From contig OZ245020.1 in NCBI GenBank assembly GCA_965223865.1, positions 1,792,001 to 1,856,000 on the forward strand: a stretch of DNA of 64,000 bases, read 5' to 3'. Under the pieces are notes generated by a model. That model made no database searches and had not been told where the DNA came from. It was given only the letters and a program-made list of their open reading frames with translations. Numbering within the stretch: the first letter of the stretch is position 1; every line of letters starts with the position of its first letter. The position numbers and the translations under genes were made by a program. Below are positions 28,362-38,739 of the stretch, piece by piece. The stretch is from Nitrosarchaeum sp. Its GTDB lineage: Archaea > Thermoproteota > Nitrososphaeria > Nitrososphaerales > Nitrosopumilaceae.

Positions 28362-28805
28362 CTAGTATAGGCTCGCTGCTTCTTCTTTTAACTTATCTAC
28401 ATCCTCAGAATCTTTCATGTGTTTTCCAAGATAAGAATAGAGGGCTGATTTGAGTACTTTTAGTGACAGTAGTGCACATTTTATTCGGACTGCCTGTAAA
28501 TTCTCCAATCCAAGTTCACCCAAAACATCATTTTTTTCAATTTGTCTTACCTCATCAATTTTTTTTCCCTTTGTTATTTCAGTTAGAACTGAAGAGCATG
28601 CCATGCAAATGGCGCAGCCTTTGCCGTGAAACTTGATATCAGTAACGGTACTATCGTCAATTTTCATATCAATGTCAATGCTATCCCCACATAGAGGGTT
28701 AGAGTCATGAAATGTAACATCAGGATTTTCAATCTCACCATAGTTAACAGGGTTTCTTGAATAATCAATTATCATCTCATGGTAAATGTCTGCATTACTG
28801 CTCAT
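28362..28805 (-). CDS. sufU: Fe-S scaffold SufU/IscU
   Basis: NPLCGD, GCAIC, RIKCA. Confidence 0.92.
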   Translation of the reverse strand: MSSNADIYHEMIIDYSRNPVNYGEIENPDVTFHDSNPLCGDSIDIDMKIDDSTVTDIKFHGKGCAICMACSSVLTEITKGKKIDEVRQIEKNDVLGELGLENLQAVRIKCALLSLKVLKSALYSYLGKHMKDSEDVDKLKEEAASLY

Positions 28806-30043
28806 AATTTGAATAACCTCGCTACCTTATTTAATGAATTTACCAAGGCATCAACATCTTCTTTGGTATTGTAAATATAGAAACTTGCTCTTGATGTTGC
28901 AGCAACATTTAGTCTTTCCATCAAAACCTGAGCACAGTGGTGTCCTGACCTGACAGCAATTCCTTCCTCATCGATAATTTGTGCAACATCATGGGGATGA
29001 ACATCTGCAAAATTAAAAGAGATCACCCCTCCTCGTTTTGAAATATCCTTTGTTCCATAGATTTGAAGACCATTTACTTGAGAAAGTTTGTCAATAGCAT
29101 ATTGAGTTAGTTCAATTTCATGATGTCTAACATTTTCCATTCCAATAGAGTTCAGATAATCTATTGCAGCCCCCAATCCAACAACATCTGCAATATTTGG
29201 GGTGCCAGCTTCAAATTTGTATGGTAAATCATTCCATGTAGTTTCATACTTGTGAACTTCTCTTATCATATCACCACCGCCATGAAATGGATTCATTGTT
29301 TCTAGAACTTGTTTTCTTACCCAAAGGACACCAATTCCAGTAGGTCCAAGCATTTTATGCCCTGAGAACGCAAAAAAGTCGCATTCTAATTTTTCAATAT
29401 CTACTTTCATGTGAGGAACTGCTTGTGCCCCATCAACTAGAGTTAAAACTCCTTTTGCTTTACATTTTGCAATAATTTTTTCAGCATCAGTAATTGTTCC
29501 CAAAACATTAGACATTAGGCTAAAAGTCACTAGTTTTACCTTTCCTGTATCAAGTAGCTTATCTAAATCTTCTAGGATTAGCTCACCATTGTCATCCATT
29601 CCAATGTACTCTATCTTTGCATGTTTTTCCTGTGTAAGAAGCTGCCATGGGACAATGTTGCTATGATGCTCATATTCAGTTGAAACTATAATGTCATCCT
29701 CTTTTACATGAGTTCTGCCCCATGCATAAGCCACCAGATTAATTGCCTCTGTTGTTCCTCTAACAAAGATTATTTCCTCTCGGTTTTTGATATTGACAAA
29801 ATTTGCAATCTTGTCTCTCGTAGATTCAAAAGCCTCTGTTGCTTCTTCTGCTAGGGCATACACTGCTCTGTGAATATTTGCATTGTGGTTTTGATAGTAA
29901 TCGGTAATTGCATTGATTACTTGATTTGGTTTTTGTGTAGTTGATGCATTATCAAGATAAACAAGGGGTTTGTTTTCTCGTACCTTTCTTTTTAGGATTG
30001 GGAAATCATTTCTTAAATTTTCAAAAGTTTGAGAGCTTTGCAA
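28802..30043 (-). CDS. sufS: Cysteine desulfurase SufS
   Basis: YLDNASTTQKP, SGHKMLGP, RSGHHCA. Confidence 0.96.
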   Translation of the reverse strand: MQSSQTFENLRNDFPILKRKVRENKPLVYLDNASTTQKPNQVINAITDYYQNHNANIHRAVYALAEEATEAFESTRDKIANFVNIKNREEIIFVRGTTEAINLVAYAWGRTHVKEDDIIVSTEYEHHSNIVPWQLLTQEKHAKIEYIGMDDNGELILEDLDKLLDTGKVKLVTFSLMSNVLGTITDAEKIIAKCKAKGVLTLVDGAQAVPHMKVDIEKLECDFFAFSGHKMLGPTGIGVLWVRKQVLETMNPFHGGGDMIREVHKYETTWNDLPYKFEAGTPNIADVVGLGAAIDYLNSIGMENVRHHEIELTQYAIDKLSQVNGLQIYGTKDISKRGGVISFNFADVHPHDVAQIIDEEGIAVRSGHHCAQVLMERLNVAATSRASFYIYNTKEDVDALVNSLNKVARLFKL

Positions 30044-30047
30044 ATCT

Positions 30048-30365
30048 TTAAACCTCCACGTAAATCTCGTTTTGCTCTATTTTAACATTGTATACTCTAA
30101 GAGGAGTTTCTGCAGGAAGATTTTGTGGTTTACCATTCTCCAAATTAAAAACAGAAAGATGTAATGGGCAACGAACACCTTCATCACTTAGAAATCCGGT
30201 AGAAAGATCAGCTTCTGCATGAGTACAAATCAGATCAGTGGCATGAATTTTTCCTTTTTGGTTTGCAATGAGAATTTTTTTATCATCATGATTTAATCCA
30301 AAAAGTTGACCTTCTTGTACTTGATCTAAATTACAAGCTTTAATCCACTGAACCAGGTTAATCAC
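30048..30365 (-). CDS. Rieske-type ferredoxin
   Basis: CTH...CPLH. Confidence 0.9.
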   Translation of the reverse strand: MINLVQWIKACNLDQVQEGQLFGLNHDDKKILIANQKGKIHATDLICTHAEADLSTGFLSDEGVRCPLHLSVFNLENGKPQNLPAETPLRVYNVKIEQNEIYVEV

Positions 30366-31762
30366 CTATACTTGTAGTGTTGTTCTATTTCAGAATCTTC
30401 GTTATAACGAGTTTCTTCAACTTCAACAAATTTTGCAAGCTCTTCATCTGTATTGATGGTAAGTTCTCTTTCTTCCCATTTTGATTCAATAAGATATGCA
30501 ATCCAGGCTCTTACCTGATAGGACATTTTTCTAGAAAGTGGTTCTAAGAAGCCTTCAACAATTGTTCTTTCTGCTTCTTCTTTTGAGAGACACCTTGACT
30601 GTAAGTAGAATATTTGTTCTTCATCAATTTGTGCAACTGAGGCAGAGTGTGTTGCTTTTACATCATTTGTGAAAATCTCAAGGCCTGGAATTGCATCTGA
30701 TTTTGCATCTTTATCAAGAAGAATAGAGCGTCCAGACAAAAATGAGTTTGATTTTGATGCATTTTCTTTGATTCTAATCATCCCTTTGAAAAGGGATTTT
30801 GCCTTATCTTTTAGTATGGATTTTTCAACCACTCTACCTTCCGTAGCTGGACTTTGATGGTTCACATTTGTTTGAATATCAAAGTCTTGGTTGTTGTTTC
30901 CAAATACAACCTCAGAGTCATTAGCTGATGCTCCTGTTCCATTTAGAAAATATTCAATCTTATATCTAGATAAAAGGGAGCCAAATAAACCAGAATACCA
31001 GTTTACTTTTGCATCTTGCCCCAAATCAGTTCTTCTAGTTGAGAAATTAACAGTACTTTGATCCATTACCTGTAGCGTAGTAATATCTATTTGTGAATTT
31101 GCAGCAGCTGTTGTGTTGAGTAATTCAAGATATGCTTGTTGTTTTTCTGCTTTTGGAGAGTATAGTTCTTGAACAATTGTAGCTTTGCTATTCTCATCTG
31201 CAAACAATACATTTCTTGAAATGGTAGAAATACCGTCTTCACTTAAACAAGAAACAACATGAATTGGATTATCTAAAATTACATTTTTTGGAATGTGAAT
31301 AAATATTCCAGAGTTAAATGCAGCATTATTTAATGCAGTAAATTTATCTTCATTTGAGGTTGATGATTCAAGTGCCTTTTTGACCAGGTCCTGGTTATTT
31401 TGAATTGCATCTGCAATAGAACTAATTACAACTCCTTTTGATTTTACATCATCAGCAATGTTGATTTTGTGAATGTTTGTACCAATTTGAATAATACATG
31501 TTTGGTTTTCTAGCTCACCTAATCTTTTTTGCAAAAATGAGGGAACAGAATCAGTAGTCTTTGTTGCAAATGAGACTTGTTCAGGATCCATCTTTTTTGC
31601 ATCAGTGTATTTGTTGTATAATGGAGATGTTTCAATTGGCAAAGTCTCATATATTGAAAGAGAGTTCTTTCGATATTCCTTTAACCAATCAGGTTCATTT
31701 CTTGAAGAGGAAATTTCTTCAATGTGACTAGGATTAATTTTTGATAATGTTTGTTGAGACAT
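30362..31762 (-). CDS. sufD: Fe-S assembly protein SufD
   Basis: PGLEI..NDVKATHSA, FYL.SR. Confidence 0.92.
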   Translation of the reverse strand: MSQQTLSKINPSHIEEISSSRNEPDWLKEYRKNSLSIYETLPIETSPLYNKYTDAKKMDPEQVSFATKTTDSVPSFLQKRLGELENQTCIIQIGTNIHKINIADDVKSKGVVISSIADAIQNNQDLVKKALESSTSNEDKFTALNNAAFNSGIFIHIPKNVILDNPIHVVSCLSEDGISTISRNVLFADENSKATIVQELYSPKAEKQQAYLELLNTTAAANSQIDITTLQVMDQSTVNFSTRRTDLGQDAKVNWYSGLFGSLLSRYKIEYFLNGTGASANDSEVVFGNNNQDFDIQTNVNHQSPATEGRVVEKSILKDKAKSLFKGMIRIKENASKSNSFLSGRSILLDKDAKSDAIPGLEIFTNDVKATHSASVAQIDEEQIFYLQSRCLSKEEAERTIVEGFLEPLSRKMSYQVRAWIAYLIESKWEERELTINTDEELAKFVEVEETRYNEDSEIEQHYKYR

Positions 31763-31783
31763 GTCTTTTTAAAATTAATGTGG

Positions 31784-33184
31784 TTAGCCTACAGAGTCAT
31801 CCATTTCTAGCTTTATGAGTCGGTTTAGCTCAACTGCGTATTCCATTGGGAGTTCTTTTGTAAATGGCTCCATGAATCCATTAACAATTAGAGATAGTGC
31901 TTCTTCTTCAGTAAATCCTCTAGTCATAAGGTAGAAGATTTGTTCATCGCCAATTTTTCCTACAGTTGCCTCGTGAGTAATTGTGGCATCTTCTTGATTA
32001 ATTTCCATGTAAGGATAGGTATCAGTTTTTGAGGTGTCATCCAGTAATAATGCATCACATCGTACAGTAGATTTTACATTTGTTGCACCCTTTGCTACAT
32101 TAAGTAATCCTCTGTATGTGGAGCGGCCATCAAGTCTGCTAACTGACTTTGATGTAATCTTTGATGTTGTATTTGGAGCTAAATGAACCATCTTTGCACC
32201 AGTATCTTGGTGTTGGCCTTTGCCTGCAAATGCAATAGATAACGTTTCACCATAAGCTCTCTCACCCATAAGGTAAACTCCAGGATACTTCATTGTTAGT
32301 TTACTTCCAATATTTCCATCAATCCATTCTACTGTTGCGCCTTCATATGCATATGCTCTCTTTGTTACAAGATTGTACACATCATTACTCCAGTTTTGAA
32401 TTGTAGTGTATCTTAGCTTTGCATCTTTGTGTGCAACTAATTCTACTACTGCAGAGTGTAATGACTCTGAAGAGTAAACTGGAGCAGTACATCCTTCAAT
32501 ATAGTGAACTTCGGCACCTTCATCAACTACAATCAGAGTTCTCTCAAACTGACCTATGTTTTCCGCATTAATTCTAAAGTATGCTTGCAGAGGCATGTCA
32601 ACTTTAACACCTGGGGGAACATAGATGAAAGAACCACCACTCCATACGGCACTATTTAGTGCAGCAAATTTGTTATCTTCAGGCGGAATTACTTTACCAA
32701 AATATTTCTTGAAAATCTCTGGTTGTTCCTTTAGAGCAGAGTCAGTATCCAAGAATAAAACACCTTGTTTTTGCAAATCTTCTCGTAGATTGTGGTATAC
32801 TACTTCGGACTCATACTGTGCACCAACGCCTGCAAGGAATTTCTTTTCTGCTTCAGGAATCCCTAACTTATCAAAAGTATTTTTGACATCAGCTGGAACA
32901 TCATCCCAATTTTTCTCTGTTTTCTCTGATGCTTTAGCATAATAGTAAATATTTTGAAAATCAATGACACTAAGATCTCCACCCCAGGTTGGCATTGGTT
33001 TTTTCATAAAAGTTTCAAATGCACGTAATCTGAAATCAAGCATCCATTGTGGCTCATCTTTCATTTTGCTAATGCCAATTACTGTATCCTTAGTCAGGCC
33101 TTTCTTGCTAAGGTGAACATACATTTCTGTAGAATCTTTAAAATCATATTTTGAATAATCCATGTCAAGATTTTCAGTTGCCAT
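31784..33184 (-). CDS. sufB: Fe-S assembly protein SufB
   Basis: [30 protein letters not shown]. Confidence 0.96.
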   Translation of the reverse strand: MATENLDMDYSKYDFKDSTEMYVHLSKKGLTKDTVIGISKMKDEPQWMLDFRLRAFETFMKKPMPTWGGDLSVIDFQNIYYYAKASEKTEKNWDDVPADVKNTFDKLGIPEAEKKFLAGVGAQYESEVVYHNLREDLQKQGVLFLDTDSALKEQPEIFKKYFGKVIPPEDNKFAALNSAVWSGGSFIYVPPGVKVDMPLQAYFRINAENIGQFERTLIVVDEGAEVHYIEGCTAPVYSSESLHSAVVELVAHKDAKLRYTTIQNWSNDVYNLVTKRAYAYEGATVEWIDGNIGSKLTMKYPGVYLMGERAYGETLSIAFAGKGQHQDTGAKMVHLAPNTTSKITSKSVSRLDGRSTYRGLLNVAKGATNVKSTVRCDALLLDDTSKTDTYPYMEINQEDATITHEATVGKIGDEQIFYLMTRGFTEEEALSLIVNGFMEPFTKELPMEYAVELNRLIKLEMDDSVG

Positions 33185-33225
33185 GCACGAAATAACTCCG
33201 TTATATTATAAATACATGAGGAAAA

Positions 33226-33253
33226 GTAGGTACAGCTAAATAGCTTTAGCTAA
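33226..33253 (-). promoter_or_regulatory. Two tandem TTAG-N6-CTA sites upstream of the sufB TATA box
   Basis: Plus strand gTAGgtacagCTAA and aTAGctttagCTAA; the proximal site lies 13 bp from TTTATAA. Confidence 0.5.
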
Positions 33254-33276
33254 ATATTTGCATTAAAATAAAAATT

Positions 33277-33774
33277 TCAGAATATAAGAATTTCTTTAAA
33301 CTCATTAAGATGTCTTATCTCATGAAAATCAACATCGTATTTTGCTTGTTCTTTGTAAGAAGGATCTTTTTTTACAACGGTTGTTAGAATTTTTAATCCC
33401 TCATCAGTTTTGCCAAGTTGAACTAAGCTTGATGATTTGTTGTATAGAGTAGTCAAATTATCAGGTTTGGATTTCAAAACCATATCAAAGCACTCTATGG
33501 CACTTTGATAATTTTTTAGAAAGTGTAATGCCAATCCTTTGTTTAGCAAAGCAAGTAAATCATTAGGATCTTGTTTTAACGCATTATCATAAAATGTAAT
33601 AGCCTGCCTATATTTTCCAAGTTTTCCTAATACATTTCCTTTTTTTATCAAACTTTTCTTGTGATTAGGATCTATACTCAAAGCTTTGGTGAAATACTGT
33701 AATGCCTCTTTTGGATTTCCGAGATTCATACATCTCTGACCCAGATCAAATAACTGTTCAACTTTTTCAACCAT
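33277..33774 (-). CDS. TPR-repeat protein
   Basis: Four KG..L..LG.Y..A...YD.AL repeats. Confidence 0.88.
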   Translation of the reverse strand: MVEKVEQLFDLGQRCMNLGNPKEALQYFTKALSIDPNHKKSLIKKGNVLGKLGKYRQAITFYDNALKQDPNDLLALLNKGLALHFLKNYQSAIECFDMVLKSKPDNLTTLYNKSSSLVQLGKTDEGLKILTTVVKKDPSYKEQAKYDVDFHEIRHLNEFKEILIF

Positions 33775-33894
33775 GATTTCAATTATGCAATTGCAAATAG
33801 ATGAATTTTTTGAAATTAACACATTAATAATTCACACAAATGAATGCTAGAAAGAATCAAAGATAATAAAATTAGTCATCCCAGTATTCTAAGA

Positions 33895-36000
33895 TTAGGA
33901 TTGTCTTGCAGAGGCAGTTGCTTCTGGTGGAGCATTAACTGGGTCTACAGTAATCATTACAGTGTCAGTATCTTCTCTTCCATTATCATCGTATACTCTG
34001 AGCTCAAATGTGAGTACCTTAATTTCGTTATTGGCAACAGTTGGACTGGTAAATGATGGAGTGATTGATGTTGTCGAAGATAATGTCACTTGTTCTCCGC
34101 CAACCTGAGTCCACATGTATGATAGTGGTTGGTTCTCTGGATCATAGCTATTGTTTCCATCTAAACCGACTCTAACATTTTCGTTTACAATTCTGTCAGG
34201 TCCTGCATCTGCTACAATATCAAGATTCAAGACATTTCTTACAGTAAGTGTCATGCTGTCTGAAGATGACAATCTGCCATCAGAAACAGTACAAGTCATC
34301 ACCATTGTTGTGTCTGTTACAACACTTGGAATCTGAACTGATGTCATTGGAGTTACGGGACTAGCAATGACAACACCAGAATCTGATGACCACATAAAGT
34401 CGATTATATCGCCATCAGGATCACTACCGGTACACATCAAATCTAACATTGCATTTTCATCTACAATTCTATCTGGACCAGCATTAGCGATTGGTGCGCT
34501 ATTTTCTGGAACTACAAAGACTACAACTTGATCAGAGTCACTTTGGTTTTCAGTGTCTGTTACTGTTAATTGGAAGGCCAAACGCTTTGTCTCTGCAGGA
34601 GATACTTCAGGTGCAGTAAATGAGAATGTTGGGTTTGATGTATCAATGCTTATAGTATCGCCATAGATCTGTTTCCATTTGTATGTGAGCTCATCACCGT
34701 CTGGATCAACTCCAGTTCCTACAATAGTTACGTCAGTTCCACCAACTACTCTCTTATCTGGACCAGCTGAGGCTCTTGGTGGGAAGTTAATGGTATTAAT
34801 GTTGACACTTACATCGTCAGTATCATAGTTACCATGCGTATCAGTTACAGTAAGTTCAAAGGTTAATTGCTCAGAAGCAGTAGAAATCTGAGGTGTCATA
34901 AAGTAAATTGAAAATGATGCTCTCTCAAAGACTTCCATTTCCATTCCAGATGTTTGAGCCCAAGAATATTTCAGTCTATCACCATCTGGATCAGTACCAG
35001 TGCCTTCTAGTTTCACAAGAACACCTTCAAGGACATTTTGATCTAAACCTGCATCAGCAATAGGAGGTCCATTGGATGGAGTTACTTTAACTAGTGCCAA
35101 GTCATTTGCCCAACCATTTCCAGGAGAATAACCGGTTACTAAGAATGATAAGAGTTCTTCATTATCACCTACTTTAGGTGCGATAAATGTTACTTGATCA
35201 CCATTAAATGAACTAAGTTCAACTGATGTTCCAAGAATCTGAGCCCAAATATAGGTAATTGGTTTACCATCAAGTGTCTCACCAGTTACATTTAAGGTAA
35301 CTTTGGTTCCTTCAGGAACTGTTTGAAGTGGACCGGCATCAATTGAAATTCGTTTATTATCAAGAAGACCAGTAAATGGGAATACGTTTACGGTGTCGCT
35401 TGCAACACCACCAAAGCCATCATCAACTGTAATTTTAAAGGTAATTGGATCAATTTGGTCAAAATCTAGATACATCGGCAAAAATGTAAGGTATTTTTCA
35501 TTGGTAGATTGAACATCCACTTCCTGTCCTGCAAGTTGTTCCCATTTGTAAGTTAGGATATCTCCATCTGAGTCAGAGGTAGTTGGAATGATAGTCATTG
35601 CATTAACAGAAGGTAAAGCAACTTGATCTTTTCCTGCATCAACAAAAGGAGTATGGTTTACAGGGTTTACAATAATTTCAACAATATCAGAACTACTTGC
35701 ACCTTGAGGATCAGTGACTGTCAATTCAAAGGTCAAAACCTTGATTTCACCATTTGGGACTTCAGGTGCCATAAATGTGGGTTCTGGAATCACATAAGAG
35801 GAAAGAGTTACAGACTCACCATAAATTTGAACCCACTTAAAGGTGAGATCATCTTGGTCAGGATCAAATCCTTCACCAATCAAAGTTACGAGTTTATTTT
35901 CAACAACATCAACTGATTCGATTGTTTGAGCAAAAGAACCTGAAACATTACCAATGATTAAGACTCCAAGAATCAATGGGAGTAATAGATAATACTTCAC
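33895..36000 (-). CDS. Secreted protein with seven PKD/Ig-like (K319-like) repeats
   Basis: Signal peptide; repeated NxxPxAxAGxD..L.G...DPDGD.L.Y.W.Q..G..F.LTVTD. Confidence 0.88.
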   Translation of the reverse strand: MKYYLLLPLILGVLIIGNVSGSFAQTIESVDVVENKLVTLIGEGFDPDQDDLTFKWVQIYGESVTLSSYVIPEPTFMAPEVPNGEIKVLTFELTVTDPQGASSSDIVEIIVNPVNHTPFVDAGKDQVALPSVNAMTIIPTTSDSDGDILTYKWEQLAGQEVDVQSTNEKYLTFLPMYLDFDQIDPITFKITVDDGFGGVASDTVNVFPFTGLLDNKRISIDAGPLQTVPEGTKVTLNVTGETLDGKPITYIWAQILGTSVELSSFNGDQVTFIAPKVGDNEELLSFLVTGYSPGNGWANDLALVKVTPSNGPPIADAGLDQNVLEGVLVKLEGTGTDPDGDRLKYSWAQTSGMEMEVFERASFSIYFMTPQISTASEQLTFELTVTDTHGNYDTDDVSVNINTINFPPRASAGPDKRVVGGTDVTIVGTGVDPDGDELTYKWKQIYGDTISIDTSNPTFSFTAPEVSPAETKRLAFQLTVTDTENQSDSDQVVVFVVPENSAPIANAGPDRIVDENAMLDLMCTGSDPDGDIIDFMWSSDSGVVIASPVTPMTSVQIPSVVTDTTMVMTCTVSDGRLSSSDSMTLTVRNVLNLDIVADAGPDRIVNENVRVGLDGNNSYDPENQPLSYMWTQVGGEQVTLSSTTSITPSFTSPTVANNEIKVLTFELRVYDDNGREDTDTVMITVDPVNAPPEATASARQS

Positions 36001-36267
36001 TGAAAGTCTGATAAATTAGGGGTATATTAAACATTTATTCAAAAAAGAAAAGACCGAATTTTACAATTTATGAAAGTTAATTGCAATAATTGATCGATTC
36101 AATTTAATTCAAAATTCTTAGAATTATCCAGAGTAATCACAAATCAGACATAAAATCAAATAATTCAGGCAAATCTGTTTTCAACATCTTTTCATTTTGG
36201 ACAATTAGACAAATTTGATCTTAATAATCAAAAGGTTCTACACTAGAGAAATATGTATATGCTAATT

Positions 36268-37065
36268 TTAAGTTGAGAAGATTTCTTTGATTGTATCAAA
36301 AGATCCTGATACGGTATGAACCTGCGATACCGTATTTTGGACTTTGAGTTTTTTTAGTTCATCAGCTGTGAATGGTCCAATTGCAACAACTTGGGTTTTT
36401 TTGAGATTATCCAAGAGTCGGTCCTCATCATAATCTTTTAACATTATCTCAAAAAATCCACGGACTGATGATGCACTAGTGAAAACTACTCCATCTATCT
36501 TATCCTTAGAAAAGAGTTCCCGAAATTCGTTCCATTGAGTAGTGTCTCGAAATGCACAAACATCATACAGATGAATCTCCAAGACATCAATTCCAATCTT
36601 GTTTAGAAGTTCCTTCAAAAACGGAGTTGAGGCACCACTTCGTGGGACAATAACCTTTTTTCCTACTGCATGAATTTGGGTAAATTCCTCACCTACACCT
36701 ACTGAGGAATACGTACTAGGTTGATAATTTACCTTGATTCCCTCATTTTCAAGTGCTATGGTGGTTTTTGGACCAACTGACATTACCATAGTATTTGCAA
36801 CTGCTAGTTGCAGTTTTTCAAATTTTCCTACTTGTTTTGCAGTATCAAAGAGTAGTTTTACTGCCTTTGAGCTCATAAAAACGGAATAGTCAGGATTGTA
36901 TTGTTTAATTGATTCTAGAAATTCATCAACAATTTTTTCTCCTTTGCTTACAAGTTCAATTGTTGGCAATGGAATTGGTCTTACATTATTTTTTTGTGCA
37001 AGTTCAATAAATTCTGTAGCATCTTCTTTTGAGCGAGTGATTGCTATATTTTTTCTATCAAACAT
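36268..37065 (-). CDS. hemD: Uroporphyrinogen-III synthase
   Basis: IAITR, VGPKT, FTSASSV, AIGPFTA. Confidence 0.92.
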   Translation of the reverse strand: MFDRKNIAITRSKEDATEFIELAQKNNVRPIPLPTIELVSKGEKIVDEFLESIKQYNPDYSVFMSSKAVKLLFDTAKQVGKFEKLQLAVANTMVMSVGPKTTIALENEGIKVNYQPSTYSSVGVGEEFTQIHAVGKKVIVPRSGASTPFLKELLNKIGIDVLEIHLYDVCAFRDTTQWNEFRELFSKDKIDGVVFTSASSVRGFFEIMLKDYDEDRLLDNLKKTQVVAIGPFTADELKKLKVQNTVSQVHTVSGSFDTIKEIFST

Positions 37066-37066
37066 T

Positions 37067-37807
37067 TTACTTCCATCCTGTTGTTTTTGACAAATCCACT
37101 ACTTTTCCTATTATAATATTAGTTGGGGGGACAATCTTGTTTTGTTTTACAAGTTTTGCAATGTTTGAAACAGTTCCTGTAATCATTTTTTGTTTCGGAG
37201 TAGTTCCATTTTGGATAACTGCAACAGGGGTTTTTTTATCCATACCTCCTGCAATTAGTTGTTTACAAATTATATCAATTCTGGATAAACCCATCATAAT
37301 TACAATAGTATCAACTGACTTTGCAAGTCTTTTCCATTTTACAACTTCGTTTTTCTTTTGAGGATCTTCATGTCCTGTTACAAAGACAACAGAAGATGCA
37401 TGTTTTCTATGAGTTAGAGGAATTCCAGCATATGTTGCAGAGCCAATTCCAGAGGTAATTCCTGGAACAATTTCATATTTTACTTTGTGAGATTTTAGAA
37501 ACTCGGCTTCCTCACCGCCTCTACCAAAGATTATTGGATCTCCACCTTTCAGTCGGACAACAATTTTTTTAGATTTGGCATAATTTACCATCAAGTCATT
37601 TGTTGTATTTTGGTGAGTAGTATCATCTCCTACTGCACGGCCAACATAGACTTTGTCAGTTTTTTTGGGAATCATAGAAATTATCTTCTTGCTAACCAAT
37701 CTATCGTAAAGTACCACATCAGCTTTTTGAAGTAATTCTACAGCGCGTAAGGTGATTAGCTTACTGTCTCCAGGACCGGCTCCTACCAGATAGACTTTAC
37801 CTGTCAT
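37067..37807 (-). CDS. cobA: Uroporphyrinogen-III C-methyltransferase (SUMT)
   Basis: VYLVGAGPGD, RLKGGDP.IFGRGGEE. Confidence 0.95.
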   Translation of the reverse strand: MTGKVYLVGAGPGDSKLITLRAVELLQKADVVLYDRLVSKKIISMIPKKTDKVYVGRAVGDDTTHQNTTNDLMVNYAKSKKIVVRLKGGDPIIFGRGGEEAEFLKSHKVKYEIVPGITSGIGSATYAGIPLTHRKHASSVVFVTGHEDPQKKNEVVKWKRLAKSVDTIVIMMGLSRIDIICKQLIAGGMDKKTPVAVIQNGTTPKQKMITGTVSNIAKLVKQNKIVPPTNIIIGKVVDLSKTTGWK

Positions 37808-38739
37808 TTCTTATTCCATTCCTCCACTTTTTCTCTCCAATTTAACGCAAGGTCATTTACGCCTTTCTGGCGTAGTTCCTCGCCAGCATTTCTGCCAAGT
37901 ATACTTGGGTCATTTTTACTTCCAGCTTTAGTAACAAAAAGGGATTGTTTACCATCTACTGAAAAGGCACTTACTGTGATACTCATCTGTTCACCATTGG
38001 ATTTGGCATACGCTCCAACTGGAAATCTACATCCAGAATCAACAAAGTCAGAAAGTGCGCGTTCTGCCTCTACTTCAAGTCTAGAATCAGGATCTTCGAT
38101 TTTTTTTAGCATTTTAATTGTTGAATTATCATCTTTTCTAGCTACAATAGCTAACGCCCCCTGTCCAGGTGAAGGAGAAAAATCCTCAACAGACAATGGA
38201 GTATATGAAACATCAATTCCCAATCTAGTAATTCCAGCTTGAGCCAATACTATTGCATCATAGTTTTCACCAGATGCTTTTCTTATTCTAGTTTCTATAT
38301 TTCCACGAATTGGTTTTACTATAACATCAGGTCTCTTTCGAGAGATTTGTACTGCTCTTCGAAGGGAGCTGGTACCAATTACAGATCCTGGTTTAATTGT
38401 ATCGAGGGTAGCATTGTCTGATGAAATAAACACATCATTTACCATCTCTCGTTTTGGAATGCAAGCAATAACAAGAGTCTCATCTAGTTGTGATGGAACA
38501 TCTTTTAGACTGTGTACTGCAAAGTCTACTTGTTTTTGTACAACTGCACGGTCTATCTCTTTTTCAAAAATTCCTTTTTGATCAATTGTGAATAATGGTC
38601 TTGCATCAGTATCACCTTGTGTTTTGATTGGTTTGATTTCAAATTCTATGTCAAGATATACTTTTTTTAATTCCTCAATTACCCAGTTTGTTTGTGCAAG
38701 AGATAGTTGACTTCCTCTTGCGCCAATCAAATACTTCAA
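37804..38739 (-). CDS. hemC: Hydroxymethylbilane synthase
   Basis: RGSQLSLAQ, HSLKDVP, GTSSLRR, RGNIETR, GC. Confidence 0.96.
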   Translation of the reverse strand: MKYLIGARGSQLSLAQTNWVIEELKKVYLDIEFEIKPIKTQGDTDARPLFTIDQKGIFEKEIDRAVVQKQVDFAVHSLKDVPSQLDETLVIACIPKREMVNDVFISSDNATLDTIKPGSVIGTSSLRRAVQISRKRPDVIVKPIRGNIETRIRKASGENYDAIVLAQAGITRLGIDVSYTPLSVEDFSPSPGQGALAIVARKDDNSTIKMLKKIEDPDSRLEVEAERALSDFVDSGCRFPVGAYAKSNGEQMSITVSAFSVDGKQSLFVTKAGSKNDPSILGRNAGEELRQKGVNDLALNWREKVEEWNKK

